54,763 nucleotides of DNA from Bacteroidota bacterium (GTDB lineage Bacteria > Bacteroidota > Bacteroidia > Chitinophagales > Saprospiraceae), in contig JAGWYI010000001.1 in the NCBI GenBank assembly GCA_018969455.1, positions 1-54,763 of the forward strand, in the 5' to 3' direction. Position numbers and translations under genes: made by a program. Below, in pieces: positions 28,888 through 38,189 of the stretch. The notes beneath the pieces are model-generated. The model was not told the DNA's origin. It saw nothing but the letters and a program-made list of their open reading frames with translations, and ran no database searches. The stretch's first letter is position 1, and each line of letters opens with the position of its first letter.

Positions 28888-30422
28888 TTTTGTTTTTTAG
28901 CCGGAAAAATGCCTGTTTGGACTGCGGGATCGCCCATTATCAGGGTTTCGTTTTCACTTTTTCGTTTGGTATGGGTTTTCAGGATGCGGCTGTTTTCCTG
29001 TTTGACACTTTCGTTTTTTTTCCATTTCCACAAGACTTCGCGTGCATGCGTTGCTCTTTGTTCCAAATTGACGATTGGCTGGGGGTATTGTTTTCCCAAT
29101 TCCCATCCGAGCCATTTTTGTTCCAGTGCGCTTAGTTTCCAGGGTTCGTGGAGGTGCGCAGTGGGCAGCGGGGCCAATTCGGGCAGCCATTTTCGGATAA
29201 ATTCACCTGTGGGATCGTGCTCCTGGCCTTGTTTTACAGGATTGTATATCCGAATGGTATTCACGCCGCTGGTTCCGGCCTGCATTTGAAATTGGGGATA
29301 ATGAATTCCGGGCTCATAATCCAGAAACTGGCGGGCCAGGTGGTGTACGCCTTGTTGCCAGGGTTGCCACAGGTGGTGGGTAAGGAAGGATACCAGCATG
29401 GCACGCATTCTGAAATTAAGGTATCCTGTTGCATTCACGCAGCGCATGCAGGCATCTATCAGCGGAAATCCGGTGTAGCCGTTTTCCCAAGCCTGTACCC
29501 AATCGGGTCGGACGGGTTTTTCGAGGGTATCGAATCCGCGGTTGAGGTTTTCAAATTCCATGCGGCATTCGGATTCAAATTTTTGGATAAAATGACAATG
29601 CCAAAACAGGCGGCTTCCAAATTGCTCCAGGTTGTAGCGGTCGCCGCCCGCATTCAGGGCATGGCGTGTTGCCTGCCACAATTCCCGCATGCTGATGTTG
29701 CCCCAAGTTAAATAAGGCGAAATTCGGCTGCAGCTGTGGCGTGCAGCGGCAGGTTTACTGATTTGCTTAAAATACTGCCGATGTCGGCTATGCAAAAAAC
29801 TGTGAAGGTATCGCCAGGCGTTGTGTGTGCCTCCCGGCTGAAAATCGGGGAAGTTTTGGTACAATTGGGAAGGAAGCGGCTGTGCACGCAAACGCGCCAA
29901 CAGGTCGGGCGGCGGCACAAACACCTGTAGCTGGGCCCAGTCGGGGTGTACAAGAGGGGCATTCATTTGTGAAAGCCAATATTGCTCCCAATGATTCCGA
30001 TGTTTCAGTCCGCGGATAACGCCGCCGCTGGGGTATTCCAACCAATTGATGCGCTGTTTTTGGAAAAAAGCGGTCATGTGTTGGTCGCGCGCGTAGCTGA
30101 GGGCATTTCCGGTTTCCTGATAAGCATAAACCGATTGAATTTCAGCATATTGCAGCAGTGTTTGGAAGGTTTCAAGCGCTTCGGCATGCACCCAAAACAG
30201 TGGAATTCCCATGCGTGCGAGGCTTTGTTCCAAGACTTCAATACCCTGCCATGCAAACCGCCAGTGCCGGTTGCTGCTGTCGACATGGGCCATACAGGAT
30301 GGCTCGAAACAAAACAGGAGCAAAATTGGCAACCCGGCCTCAATGGCTTGCTGCAAGGGCAGATGGTCGCTGAGCCGCAAATCGCGTTTGAACCATACAA
30401 TGTTGATTCGTGGGCGTTGCAT
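28884..30422 (-). CDS. Cryptochrome/photolyase family protein, divergent subclass
   Basis: N-terminal photolyase alpha/beta domain (IVWFKRDLRLSDHLPL) and a FAD-binding domain (GFPLIDACMRCVNATGYLNFRMRAMLVSFL...IRIYNPVKQGQEHDPTGEFIRKWLPEL). ATG 30422 overlaps the upstream stop (TAATG). The track start at 30503 would overlap the upstream gene by 82 nt. Confidence 0.8.
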   Translation of the reverse strand: MQRPRINIVWFKRDLRLSDHLPLQQAIEAGLPILLLFCFEPSCMAHVDSSNRHWRFAWQGIEVLEQSLARMGIPLFWVHAEALETFQTLLQYAEIQSVYAYQETGNALSYARDQHMTAFFQKQRINWLEYPSGGVIRGLKHRNHWEQYWLSQMNAPLVHPDWAQLQVFVPPPDLLARLRAQPLPSQLYQNFPDFQPGGTHNAWRYLHSFLHSRHRQYFKQISKPAAARHSCSRISPYLTWGNISMRELWQATRHALNAGGDRYNLEQFGSRLFWHCHFIQKFESECRMEFENLNRGFDTLEKPVRPDWVQAWENGYTGFPLIDACMRCVNATGYLNFRMRAMLVSFLTHHLWQPWQQGVHHLARQFLDYEPGIHYPQFQMQAGTSGVNTIRIYNPVKQGQEHDPTGEFIRKWLPELAPLPTAHLHEPWKLSALEQKWLGWELGKQYPQPIVNLEQRATHAREVLWKWKKNESVKQENSRILKTHTKRKSENETLIMGDPAVQTGIFPAKKQK

Positions 30423-32002
30423 TACAAGGCATCGACATTTTGTTTGTAAAAAGCAGCCTGAGCCAAAATTTCCTGCTTTTCCTGGCTGTTCATGCGATCC
30501 CACAGCCGATATGCCATGCCAATGCGGGGATTGGAAGCCAGTTTTTCGGAATGCCGGTTATAAAAATCCCAATACAGGCTGTTGAACGGACAAGCCCGGG
30601 CGCCCACGCGCAGGTCTTTTTTGTAAAAACAATGCGTGCAATAATTGCTCATTTTATGAATGTAATTGGCGCTGCTCACATAAGGCTTGGTTCCTACGAT
30701 GCCTCCATCGGCAAACTGGCTCATGCCCCTTGTATTGGGCATTTCCACCCATTCTACTGCATCCATATAAATGCCCAGGTACCAGGCGTCTACGGCATCG
30801 GGGTGTACACCCAGTAACAGTGCAAAATTGCCGGTAAGCATCAGTCGCTGAATGTGGTGTGCATAGGCGCGATCGAGCGATTGACCAATGGCGTGTTTCA
30901 AACAGTTCATATGGGTACGGCCCGTCCAGTACCAGGCTGGTAGCGGCGCCTGGTGTTCCAGGAAATTCAATTGGCTATAGCGGGGCATTTGTGCCCAATA
31001 AATGCCTCGCACATATTCACGCCAGCCGATTATTTGGCGTATAAAGCCCTCCAGTGCCGCAAAAGGGATGCGATCGGGCGTATTTTGCCAGGCCCCAATG
31101 GCTGCCTGAACGACCTCAAGCGGATGCAGCATTTTTACATTTAAAGAAAACGACAGGCGAGCGTGGTACAAAAGCCAGTCTTTCGTATGCATGGCATCCT
31201 GATAAGCGCCAAAATAGGGAAGTCGATTGCTTACAAAATCCTGCAACAATTGCAAAGACTCTGTGCGGGTAACGGGCCAGTCGAACCGATCGGGCTGCAG
31301 ATTTCCGATGTATGAGATGCCCATTTTCCGAAGCATTTCGAGCAAATGCTCTACGTTTCTGACAAAACCCGGAACGGGCAGGGGCGTATAGGATGGAGGT
31401 AGTTTTTTGCGGTTGTCGGCGTCGTAATTCCATTGACCCGTAAGGGGTTTCTGTCCGTCATCTTCCATCAGGATGCGCCATTTGATGCGCATTTTCCGGT
31501 AAAAGGATTCCATCAGGTAGTTTTTTTTGCCTTCAAACCATTGTTTTAGCGTGTTTCTATCCGTCAGGAAATGATGGCTGGATACCATTTCCGCCCGAGG
31601 AAGGCTACGGGCAAAATCGTTCAGTTGTACCTCCAGGCGCCACTCATCGGGTTCCTGATAGGCGAAAGCATCAATTTGATGGATTTGCATCAAATAATGG
31701 CAATTTCCTTCCAGGCTCTGTTTATTTTCCGGATCGTCGAGGGAGAAATACCTAACCTCATGGCCGGCCTCTTGCAGCGCTTGCGCGAAGGCGCGCATGG
31801 CCAGAAAAAAACCGCAGATCTTCTGGATGTGGTGTTGTACGTATTGGGTTTCTGGCAGAATTTCCATCAAGACATAGAGTACATCCTTCTCCTGGTTGTC
31901 AAACCAGGGGTGAGCGCTGTTCAATTGATCGCCCAGAATCAGTCGAAGTTGGCGGTATTTTTGCACGATAGCCCCAAACAAGCCCCCGGAAGAAAGGTTC
32001 AC
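30422..32002 (-). CDS. FeS-cluster bacterial cryptochrome/photolyase (FeS-BCP, PhrB/CryB-like, putative (6-4) photolyase)
   Basis: LILGDQL N-terminus. Cys pattern C...CxxC-x12-C (MNCLKH; NYCTHCFYKKDLRVGARACPF), the same spacing as the [4Fe-4S] ligands of Agrobacterium PhrB. The start is uncertain: GTG 32002 or GTG 31966. Confidence 0.85.
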   Translation of the reverse strand: MNLSSGGLFGAIVQKYRQLRLILGDQLNSAHPWFDNQEKDVLYVLMEILPETQYVQHHIQKICGFFLAMRAFAQALQEAGHEVRYFSLDDPENKQSLEGNCHYLMQIHQIDAFAYQEPDEWRLEVQLNDFARSLPRAEMVSSHHFLTDRNTLKQWFEGKKNYLMESFYRKMRIKWRILMEDDGQKPLTGQWNYDADNRKKLPPSYTPLPVPGFVRNVEHLLEMLRKMGISYIGNLQPDRFDWPVTRTESLQLLQDFVSNRLPYFGAYQDAMHTKDWLLYHARLSFSLNVKMLHPLEVVQAAIGAWQNTPDRIPFAALEGFIRQIIGWREYVRGIYWAQMPRYSQLNFLEHQAPLPAWYWTGRTHMNCLKHAIGQSLDRAYAHHIQRLMLTGNFALLLGVHPDAVDAWYLGIYMDAVEWVEMPNTRGMSQFADGGIVGTKPYVSSANYIHKMSNYCTHCFYKKDLRVGARACPFNSLYWDFYNRHSEKLASNPRIGMAYRLWDRMNSQEKQEILAQAAFYKQNVDAL

Positions 32003-32146
32003 GCTGCATCCCTAATAAACTCTTTTAAAGTCTTTTGCACCCTTTCGCATTGAAAATCGCAGCCAGGAATCAACAATCGCATCAGAAGGCCATATCTTTA
32101 AGCGCCCCAAGCAACTGCTTTGCATCGATACCGGATTCTCATGATT

Positions 32147-32177
32147 TTTACCGCTTCCTGTATACCGATTACCTTTG
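32147..32177 (+). promoter_or_regulatory. Candidate promoter (TTTA-N19-TACCTTTG) for the giant surface-protein gene
   Basis: Exact -7 TAnnTTTG at 32170-32177 and a near-match -33 (TTTA) 19 nt upstream. Its position argues that ATG 32218, not 32188 or 32035, is the start. Confidence 0.35.
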
Positions 32178-32217
32178 CAATTGCGTTATGCGATCGACAA
32201 CATCCAACGTACCCTCC

Positions 32218-35200
32218 ATGCGTTCTCTCCTCCTTTGTTTGATTTTATTTGGCGCTCCTTATGCGCTCTATGCACAATGTGGCGCCCCCATTGCCACCTT
32301 TCCGTACAATGAAAATTTCGAACTCAACCAGGGCGGCTGGAGTTCGGGCGGCAACGCCAACGACTGGGCTTGGGGGGCGCCCACCAAACCTGTAATTAAT
32401 GGCGCCGGTACCGGCGCCAAATGCTGGGTGGTAGGCGGACTCACCACCGCATTTTACAACCTGGGGGAGCGCTCGTACGTAGAAAGCCCTTGTTTCGACT
32501 TTACCAATTTGCCCCACCCCTATATCCGGTTTAAAATATGGTGGGAATCGGAGCGGCGCTTTGATGGGGGAAACCTCCAATATTCGCTTGATCAGGGAAG
32601 CACCTGGGTCAATGTGGGCGCTTTCAACGACCCGGTAGATTGCCTCAACGACAATTGGTATAACTATAATTCCATCACCAACCTCAACAACCTGGTATCG
32701 GTTCGACACGGATGGTCGGGCAATATTCAGGCCACTGCGGGTAGCTGTCAGGGCGGATTTGGCAGCAATGGCTGGGTGATTGCAAAGCATTGCATGCCCT
32801 ATTTGGCCGGAGTACCTTCTGTCAAATTTCGTTTTACTTTCGGTGCAGGCACCACCTGTAACGATTATGACGGAATGGCTTTTGATGATGTCACAATCGA
32901 AAATGCGCCCCAAATTGCCCCAGATTTTTTGGCTGTTTGCAATGGAAACAATACCTACGATTTTACCGACCTTTCCACCAATTGCCCGGATACCTGGGTC
33001 TGGGACTTTGGAGATCCTGCATCCGGTGGCGCCAATACCAGTACAGTAAAAAACCCCAGCCATACCTATAATGCACCGGGAACCTATACGGTCAAACTCA
33101 TTGCAGGGAGCCAGTGCAGCGGTATGACCCAAATCACCAAAACAGTGACCATTTTAGGCGTTACCACCAGTTCTACGCCTGTTAGCTGTTTTGGTGGCAC
33201 AAATGGTACCGCAAGCATTACGGTAAACCCGGGAGGGGGAAATCCGAATTTTCAGTGGAATACCACGCCGCCGCAAACCGGGAGCACCGCAAGTAACCTG
33301 GCTGCCGGCAACTATACTGTGATTGTTACTCAGGCAAACTCTTGTCCGCTTACCACCGTTGTTTTCGTGACCCAGCCGCCTGCCTTGAACGGCTCCGTAA
33401 GCCCAACAGCCGCAACCTGCAATCAGAATAATGGGAAAGCCAGTGTACTGGGCGCGGGCGGCACCCCGCCGTATACTTACGCGTGGTCAAGCGGAGCCGG
33501 AAATGTCGGTATGGTGACCGGCCTTGCGCCTGGCAACTATACCGTAACGGTGACCGATGCCAAAATGTGTACCCAAGCCCTGAATTTTACGATAAACTCC
33601 AGCGCCGGTGTGAGCGCCAACGGCAGCACAGTGCAAAACGTGAGCTGTTTCAATGGAACAAATGGCAGTATCACCCTCAATCCGCCTACCGGAACCGGGC
33701 CGTTTACCTATGCATGGCCCGGAAATATATCTTCCAACTTATCGGCCAGTGCACTATCTGCCGGCAACTATACCGTCACCATTTCCGATGCCATCGGCTG
33801 CACAGTTACCACCACCGCCACTGTTGCGCAACCAACTCAACTGATGATGACGGCCTCGCCTCAAAGTACCACTTGCAACCAAAACAACGGAGCGCTTTCC
33901 ATTATACCATCCGGAGGCACGCCAGGGTACCAGTTTGCCTGGAGCCCCAACGTGAGCACGACGGCATCGGCAAGCGGACTAATGAGTGGAACTTACACAG
34001 TAACCTTGACCGACAACTTGGGTTGTACCCAGGCCGCCGCTTTTATTATACCCAATATCGGCGGCGTAACAGCGAATGGAAGCACCACGCAGGATCCCGC
34101 TTGTGCCGGTGCTTCTACAGGAAGCGCTACCATTAATGTGCCAGGCGGAACAGGCCCCTTTGTTTATTCCTGGCCTGGGAACATAAGTAACAGCAATACT
34201 GCCAATCAGTTAAGCGCCGGCACTTACACCGTTACCATTACCGGAACGGCACAATGTACCGCAACGGTGACGCTTACCCTGGCAGATCCAGCGCCCCTAC
34301 AAATCACCGGCTACGGCCAAGCAGCCACCTGCGGCCAAACCAATGGCTTCATTGTGCTTGCACCCAATGGCGGAACGCCAAATTATACCTATACCTGGCA
34401 ACCCAATGTGAGCAACGGAAATACTGCTACGGCGCTCGCCGTGGGAAGTTACACTGTAACCGTGACAGACTCAAAGGGTTGTACTCAAACTGCCTCTTAT
34501 GCTATTGTCAACCAGGGCGGACTTACCAGCCCGGGCTTTAGTATGCAAGCGGTTACGTGCAACGGCGGCAACAATGGTTCGGCCAGTATCAATACGCCGG
34601 TTGGTTCCGGTCCATTTGGGTATGCCTGGCCAGGCGGCATTTCCAGCAGCAATACCGCAAGCGGTTTAAGTGCAGGTACTTACGTGGTAACCATTTCGGA
34701 TGCGTTTCAATGTACCGCCATCACCTCGGTTGTGGTTACGCAACCCAGCGCCTTTCAGATTCAATCCAATAGTTCGAGTGCCACTTGCGGCAATGCCAAT
34801 GGCAGCATCACCCTTTCTGTTTCAGGCAGCACACCCGGATATAGCTACCAGTGGTTGCCCAATGTCTCTACAGGCCCAAGCGCTACCGCCCTTGCAGCAG
34901 GCGTCTATTCCATCACGATCACCGATGCAAAAGGATGTACATCGGTTAAAACAGCCCAGGTTGGCAATGTGCCAGGTGTAAGTCTCAATGGAAGCACCAT
35001 TACCGATGTGAGTTGCAACGGAGCAAGCAATGGCAGTATTGTATTGAACGCCCCCTCCGGAACGGCACCATTTAGCTACAATTGGACCAACAATGTTTCC
35101 AATGGCATTTCTGCCGCCAATTTAAGTGCCGGAACCTATCTGGTTACGGTAAGCGATGGAAACCAATGTACGGCAACACTTTCTTTTGTGGTGCAACAGC

Positions 35201-36891
35201 CGCCCCCCCTGCTTGATCAACCACAGGTGCAAAATGCAACTTGCAATCAGAATAATGGCAGCATCGTCCCCATCATCTCGGGCGGAACACAGCCTTATGT
35301 TTTTTCGTGGTCGAACGGAAGTACAGGAAACACCCAAAATAACTTAAGTCCGGGAAGCTATAAACTTACGATAACGGATACCAAAGGATGCAGCAAGGTA
35401 TTCAACTATACCATTCAGAACAACGGAGGCGTTCTGGCAACCGGCGCCAATACCCAGGACGCAACTTGTTTTGGCAGTAATACAGGCACGGCCAGCATTA
35501 ACACACCGGCCGGAACCGGCCCTTTCGTATATGCCTGGCCCGGTAATATTTCCAACACCAATGCAGCCAGCGGCCTCGCGGCCGGCACCTATATCGTTAC
35601 CATAACCGATGCCGGACAATGTACCGTAACCGTCGCTTTTGACATTGCCCAACCTGCGCCTATTCAGGCCCAAAGTGCAGTTCAAAATGCTACTTGCAAT
35701 AAAAACAACGGCATTCTTACCATAACTGCTGCTGGCGGCACACCAGGTTATACCTACATCTGGTTGCCAAATATTTCCAATACCAACACAGCCAACAACC
35801 TCGCAGCGGGCGCTTACACACTGACAATCAACGATCAAAATAACTGCAAACAAACATTTACCTTTCAGGTTGATGCAACACCGCCACCCGTTTTATCTGT
35901 CCTAAAAATTGATGACATCTCCTGCGCAGGCGCACGCGACGGAGGCATAACGCTGGCTGTTCAAGGTGGAAATTCCCCGTATCAATTTACATGGAGTCCA
36001 TCGGTTTCTGATACGGCAAGCGCACTAGGCTTGTCGGCAGGTACCTATTACATTACCGTTAGCGATGGCTCAGAATGCATCGATTCCATTTCGGCAACCA
36101 TACTTGCGCCGCTTCCCATTGAGACAAGGGCCGTTGGGCTGGATGTTACCTGTGCTGGGGACAAAAATGGGAAAATAGAAATCGAAAATACCATGGGAGG
36201 CGTCGGCCCCTTTTTATACCGCATCCACAACGGAGCTTTTTCAACAAATACCAAATTCGACAATTTGTCTCCCGGCATATATATCCTCGAAACGCAGGAT
36301 GCCAATGGATGCATCAGCCTGGATACACTGCAAATTAAAGACGGCCTGAGTAATTCGGTGGATGCAGGCCCCGATACCACCATTACCCTGGGTACACAAA
36401 TTGAATTGTTTGCCTTGGTGCAGCAGGCCGCTACCGTTCAACATTACCAGTGGATGCCACTACAAGGTTCAGGCATCGTATGCGATACCTGCCCCTACAC
36501 ATTGGCAACGCCACCTGGAGCCATTGTTTACACCATCAAGGTTACCGATGTGAATGGCTGTGTTGTGCAAGACAGCCGCCGGGTAAACATCCGTCCGGGG
36601 CGTATTTTCATCCCCAATGTGATTGATCCGTCTTCTAACTTGGAAAATGACCGTTTCACCCTGTATGCCGAATCGGGCGTAGAACAAATTCTTGTCCTCG
36701 ATATTTTTGACCGTTGGGGTAACCTCATTTTTGAAAATACAAATTTTGAACCGAATAATGCCCAACTTGGATGGGACGGACGCTTTCGGGATAAACCCGT
36801 GAATCCGGGCGTATTTACTTATTTGTTTAAAATACGGCTGACCAACAAACAAGAGAGCACTCTAACCGGCGCGCTCACAGTGGTTCGCTAA
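32218..36891 (+). CDS. Giant T9SS type-B cargo / adhesin-like surface protein with 14 SprB-type repeats
   Basis: Signal peptide MRSLLLCLILFGAPYALYAQ, an N-terminal MAM/LamG-like beta-sandwich domain, a PKD domain (WDFGDP...NPSHTYNAPGTYTVKL) and 14 Cys-containing repeats of about 75 aa. The C-terminus (IFIPNVIDPSS...FDRWGNLIFE...WDGRFRDKPVNPGVFTY) is a gliding-motility domain. Confidence 0.85.
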   Translation: MRSLLLCLILFGAPYALYAQCGAPIATFPYNENFELNQGGWSSGGNANDWAWGAPTKPVINGAGTGAKCWVVGGLTTAFYNLGERSYVESPCFDFTNLPHPYIRFKIWWESERRFDGGNLQYSLDQGSTWVNVGAFNDPVDCLNDNWYNYNSITNLNNLVSVRHGWSGNIQATAGSCQGGFGSNGWVIAKHCMPYLAGVPSVKFRFTFGAGTTCNDYDGMAFDDVTIENAPQIAPDFLAVCNGNNTYDFTDLSTNCPDTWVWDFGDPASGGANTSTVKNPSHTYNAPGTYTVKLIAGSQCSGMTQITKTVTILGVTTSSTPVSCFGGTNGTASITVNPGGGNPNFQWNTTPPQTGSTASNLAAGNYTVIVTQANSCPLTTVVFVTQPPALNGSVSPTAATCNQNNGKASVLGAGGTPPYTYAWSSGAGNVGMVTGLAPGNYTVTVTDAKMCTQALNFTINSSAGVSANGSTVQNVSCFNGTNGSITLNPPTGTGPFTYAWPGNISSNLSASALSAGNYTVTISDAIGCTVTTTATVAQPTQLMMTASPQSTTCNQNNGALSIIPSGGTPGYQFAWSPNVSTTASASGLMSGTYTVTLTDNLGCTQAAAFIIPNIGGVTANGSTTQDPACAGASTGSATINVPGGTGPFVYSWPGNISNSNTANQLSAGTYTVTITGTAQCTATVTLTLADPAPLQITGYGQAATCGQTNGFIVLAPNGGTPNYTYTWQPNVSNGNTATALAVGSYTVTVTDSKGCTQTASYAIVNQGGLTSPGFSMQAVTCNGGNNGSASINTPVGSGPFGYAWPGGISSSNTASGLSAGTYVVTISDAFQCTAITSVVVTQPSAFQIQSNSSSATCGNANGSITLSVSGSTPGYSYQWLPNVSTGPSATALAAGVYSITITDAKGCTSVKTAQVGNVPGVSLNGSTITDVSCNGASNGSIVLNAPSGTAPFSYNWTNNVSNGISAANLSAGTYLVTVSDGNQCTATLSFVVQQPPPLLDQPQVQNATCNQNNGSIVPIISGGTQPYVFSWSNGSTGNTQNNLSPGSYKLTITDTKGCSKVFNYTIQNNGGVLATGANTQDATCFGSNTGTASINTPAGTGPFVYAWPGNISNTNAASGLAAGTYIVTITDAGQCTVTVAFDIAQPAPIQAQSAVQNATCNKNNGILTITAAGGTPGYTYIWLPNISNTNTANNLAAGAYTLTINDQNNCKQTFTFQVDATPPPVLSVLKIDDISCAGARDGGITLAVQGGNSPYQFTWSPSVSDTASALGLSAGTYYITVSDGSECIDSISATILAPLPIETRAVGLDVTCAGDKNGKIEIENTMGGVGPFLYRIHNGAFSTNTKFDNLSPGIYILETQDANGCISLDTLQIKDGLSNSVDAGPDTTITLGTQIELFALVQQAATVQHYQWMPLQGSGIVCDTCPYTLATPPGAIVYTIKVTDVNGCVVQDSRRVNIRPGRIFIPNVIDPSSNLENDRFTLYAESGVEQILVLDIFDRWGNLIFENTNFEPNNAQLGWDGRFRDKPVNPGVFTYLFKIRLTNKQESTLTGALTVVR
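33181..36345 (+). repeat. Array of 14 tandem modules of about 225 bp (SprB-type), alternating between two subtypes
   Basis: Subtype A reads (V/A)xC(F/N/A)GxxxGxAxIN.P.GTGPFxYAWPGNISxxNTAxxLSAGTYxVTI.D. Subtype B reads TC(N/G)QxNGxxxxxxxGGTPxYxYxWxPNVSxxxTAxxLxxGxYTVTxTDxKGCTQ. The units are about 150 aa (A+B) and diverged at the DNA level. Confidence 0.85.
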
Positions 36892-36911
36892 GAAGCTGTT
36901 TTAAACAATTG

Positions 36912-38147
36912 TCAAACAGCCCGTTGCAACTCAATTACCGTAATTTCGGGCCAAATGCCCACCCGACCCCGGAAGCCTAAAAAGCCAAAACCGCGGTTGA
37001 CATTCAGCATGCGTCCATTGGCTTCGTACACACCGGCCCAACGTGGGTATCGGTATTTGATCGGACTCCATTTGAATCCCGGGATTTCGATGCCCATCTG
37101 CATGCCGTGGGTGTGACCCGACAAGGTGAGGTGTACCAGTTGAGGATGGTCTTTTACCTGGTATTCGAAATGAGACGGATCGTGCGAAAGCAAAATTTTG
37201 AAGGAATCGGGCGCAACATTTGAAAGCGCCTTTTCAAAATCGCCATACTGACTGAAACCGTGCCCCCAGTTTTGGATGCCTATCAACTGAATGCGGGCGC
37301 CGTCCTTTTCAATGTCTGCGTGCTCATCGAGCAAAAGCCGGTATCCTGCCCGGGCTTGCATTTGTTTGAGCGTTTCGAGGTTTTGTCTTTTCAATTCTGC
37401 GTCTGGCCAAGGCATGTAATCGCCATAATCATGGTTGCCAAGTACCGAAAACTGGCCATAAGGCGCCTTGATGCTGCCAAATAATTCCTGCCAGGGTTCA
37501 AATTCGGCCGCTTCATTGTTGACCAAATCGCCCGTAAATACAAACAAATCGCCTTTTTCCGCTTTAATCATTTCTACACCCCGCTTGACCGCTTCAAAAT
37601 CGTCGAAACTGCCTGCATGAACATCCGAAACCTGCACAATTTTAAAACCATGAAAGGCCTCCGGCAAATCCTTAAATTTCAAAAAATGCCGGTGTACGGT
37701 GTAATCATATTTACCCTTTAATATACCATATACAAAACCTGCAAAGGGAATAGACGCAGTTAGTGCAGCCATTTGAACCAAAAACTTGCGTCGCTCGGGA
37801 ATAAAGTGCCCCGCTTGGGCATCTGCCCGCATCCAATGAACCGCGCCTTCTGCCAAACGAACCAGATCTCCGCCCATCACAATCAACAAAAACACCAACT
37901 GGGTGATCATCACTGTGATCCAGGCATTGCCGGCCATTACACCCCATGCTCCCATTTTGTGCGTTTTCTGCATTTGATCAAAACCCCACATCATCAAAAC
38001 AATCAAAACGACATGCATCGTCCAGAATGAGGCATGCACGCCCAGACGCCACCAGCTACTTTCCCAGCCGGAAGTAAGGGTTCGGATGGCCGAAAAAACA
38101 TACCAGTCGAACAAAAAGAAAAAAAGCAAAACAACAAAAAATCCCAT
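36912..38147 (-). CDS. Membrane-anchored metallophosphoesterase
   Basis: N-terminal multi-TM region, then calcineurin-like motifs VQVSDVHAG, FTGDLVNN, LGNHDY and SGHTHG. Confidence 0.8.
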   Translation of the reverse strand: MGFFVVLLFFFLFDWYVFSAIRTLTSGWESSWWRLGVHASFWTMHVVLIVLMMWGFDQMQKTHKMGAWGVMAGNAWITVMITQLVFLLIVMGGDLVRLAEGAVHWMRADAQAGHFIPERRKFLVQMAALTASIPFAGFVYGILKGKYDYTVHRHFLKFKDLPEAFHGFKIVQVSDVHAGSFDDFEAVKRGVEMIKAEKGDLFVFTGDLVNNEAAEFEPWQELFGSIKAPYGQFSVLGNHDYGDYMPWPDAELKRQNLETLKQMQARAGYRLLLDEHADIEKDGARIQLIGIQNWGHGFSQYGDFEKALSNVAPDSFKILLSHDPSHFEYQVKDHPQLVHLTLSGHTHGMQMGIEIPGFKWSPIKYRYPRWAGVYEANGRMLNVNRGFGFLGFRGRVGIWPEITVIELQRAV

Positions 38148-38189
38148 AATAAAATCCTGCTGGTATGTAAGTAATTAGATGCAAATCAA

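Noticed and set aside
28585-30585. Several plus-strand ORFs (28585..29289, 29148..29711, 29982..30449, 30410..30817 and others) opposite the photolyase operon
   Set aside because: All are antisense to genes with strong photolyase and DUF2805 motifs, and none has a motif of its own.
32035-32217. The N-terminal extension of the giant adhesin ORF proposed by the track (start 32035, or ATG 32188)
   Set aside because: The extension precedes a textbook signal peptide that starts at ATG 32218. It would also place the candidate promoter (32147-32177) inside the coding region.
33483-34136. Alternative-frame ORFs inside the adhesin repeat array (33483..34136, 34254..34541, 32245..33132 minus, 35344..35853 minus)
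   Set aside because: The biased codon composition of the repeats suppresses stop codons. The translated products are Arg/Cys/His-rich nonsense. The main frame has a clear domain architecture.
33181-36345. Whether the periodic ~225-bp repeats are a CRISPR array or a mobile repeat
   Set aside because: The repeats are in-frame protein modules of one long ORF. There are no short identical direct repeats with unique spacers, and no cas genes.
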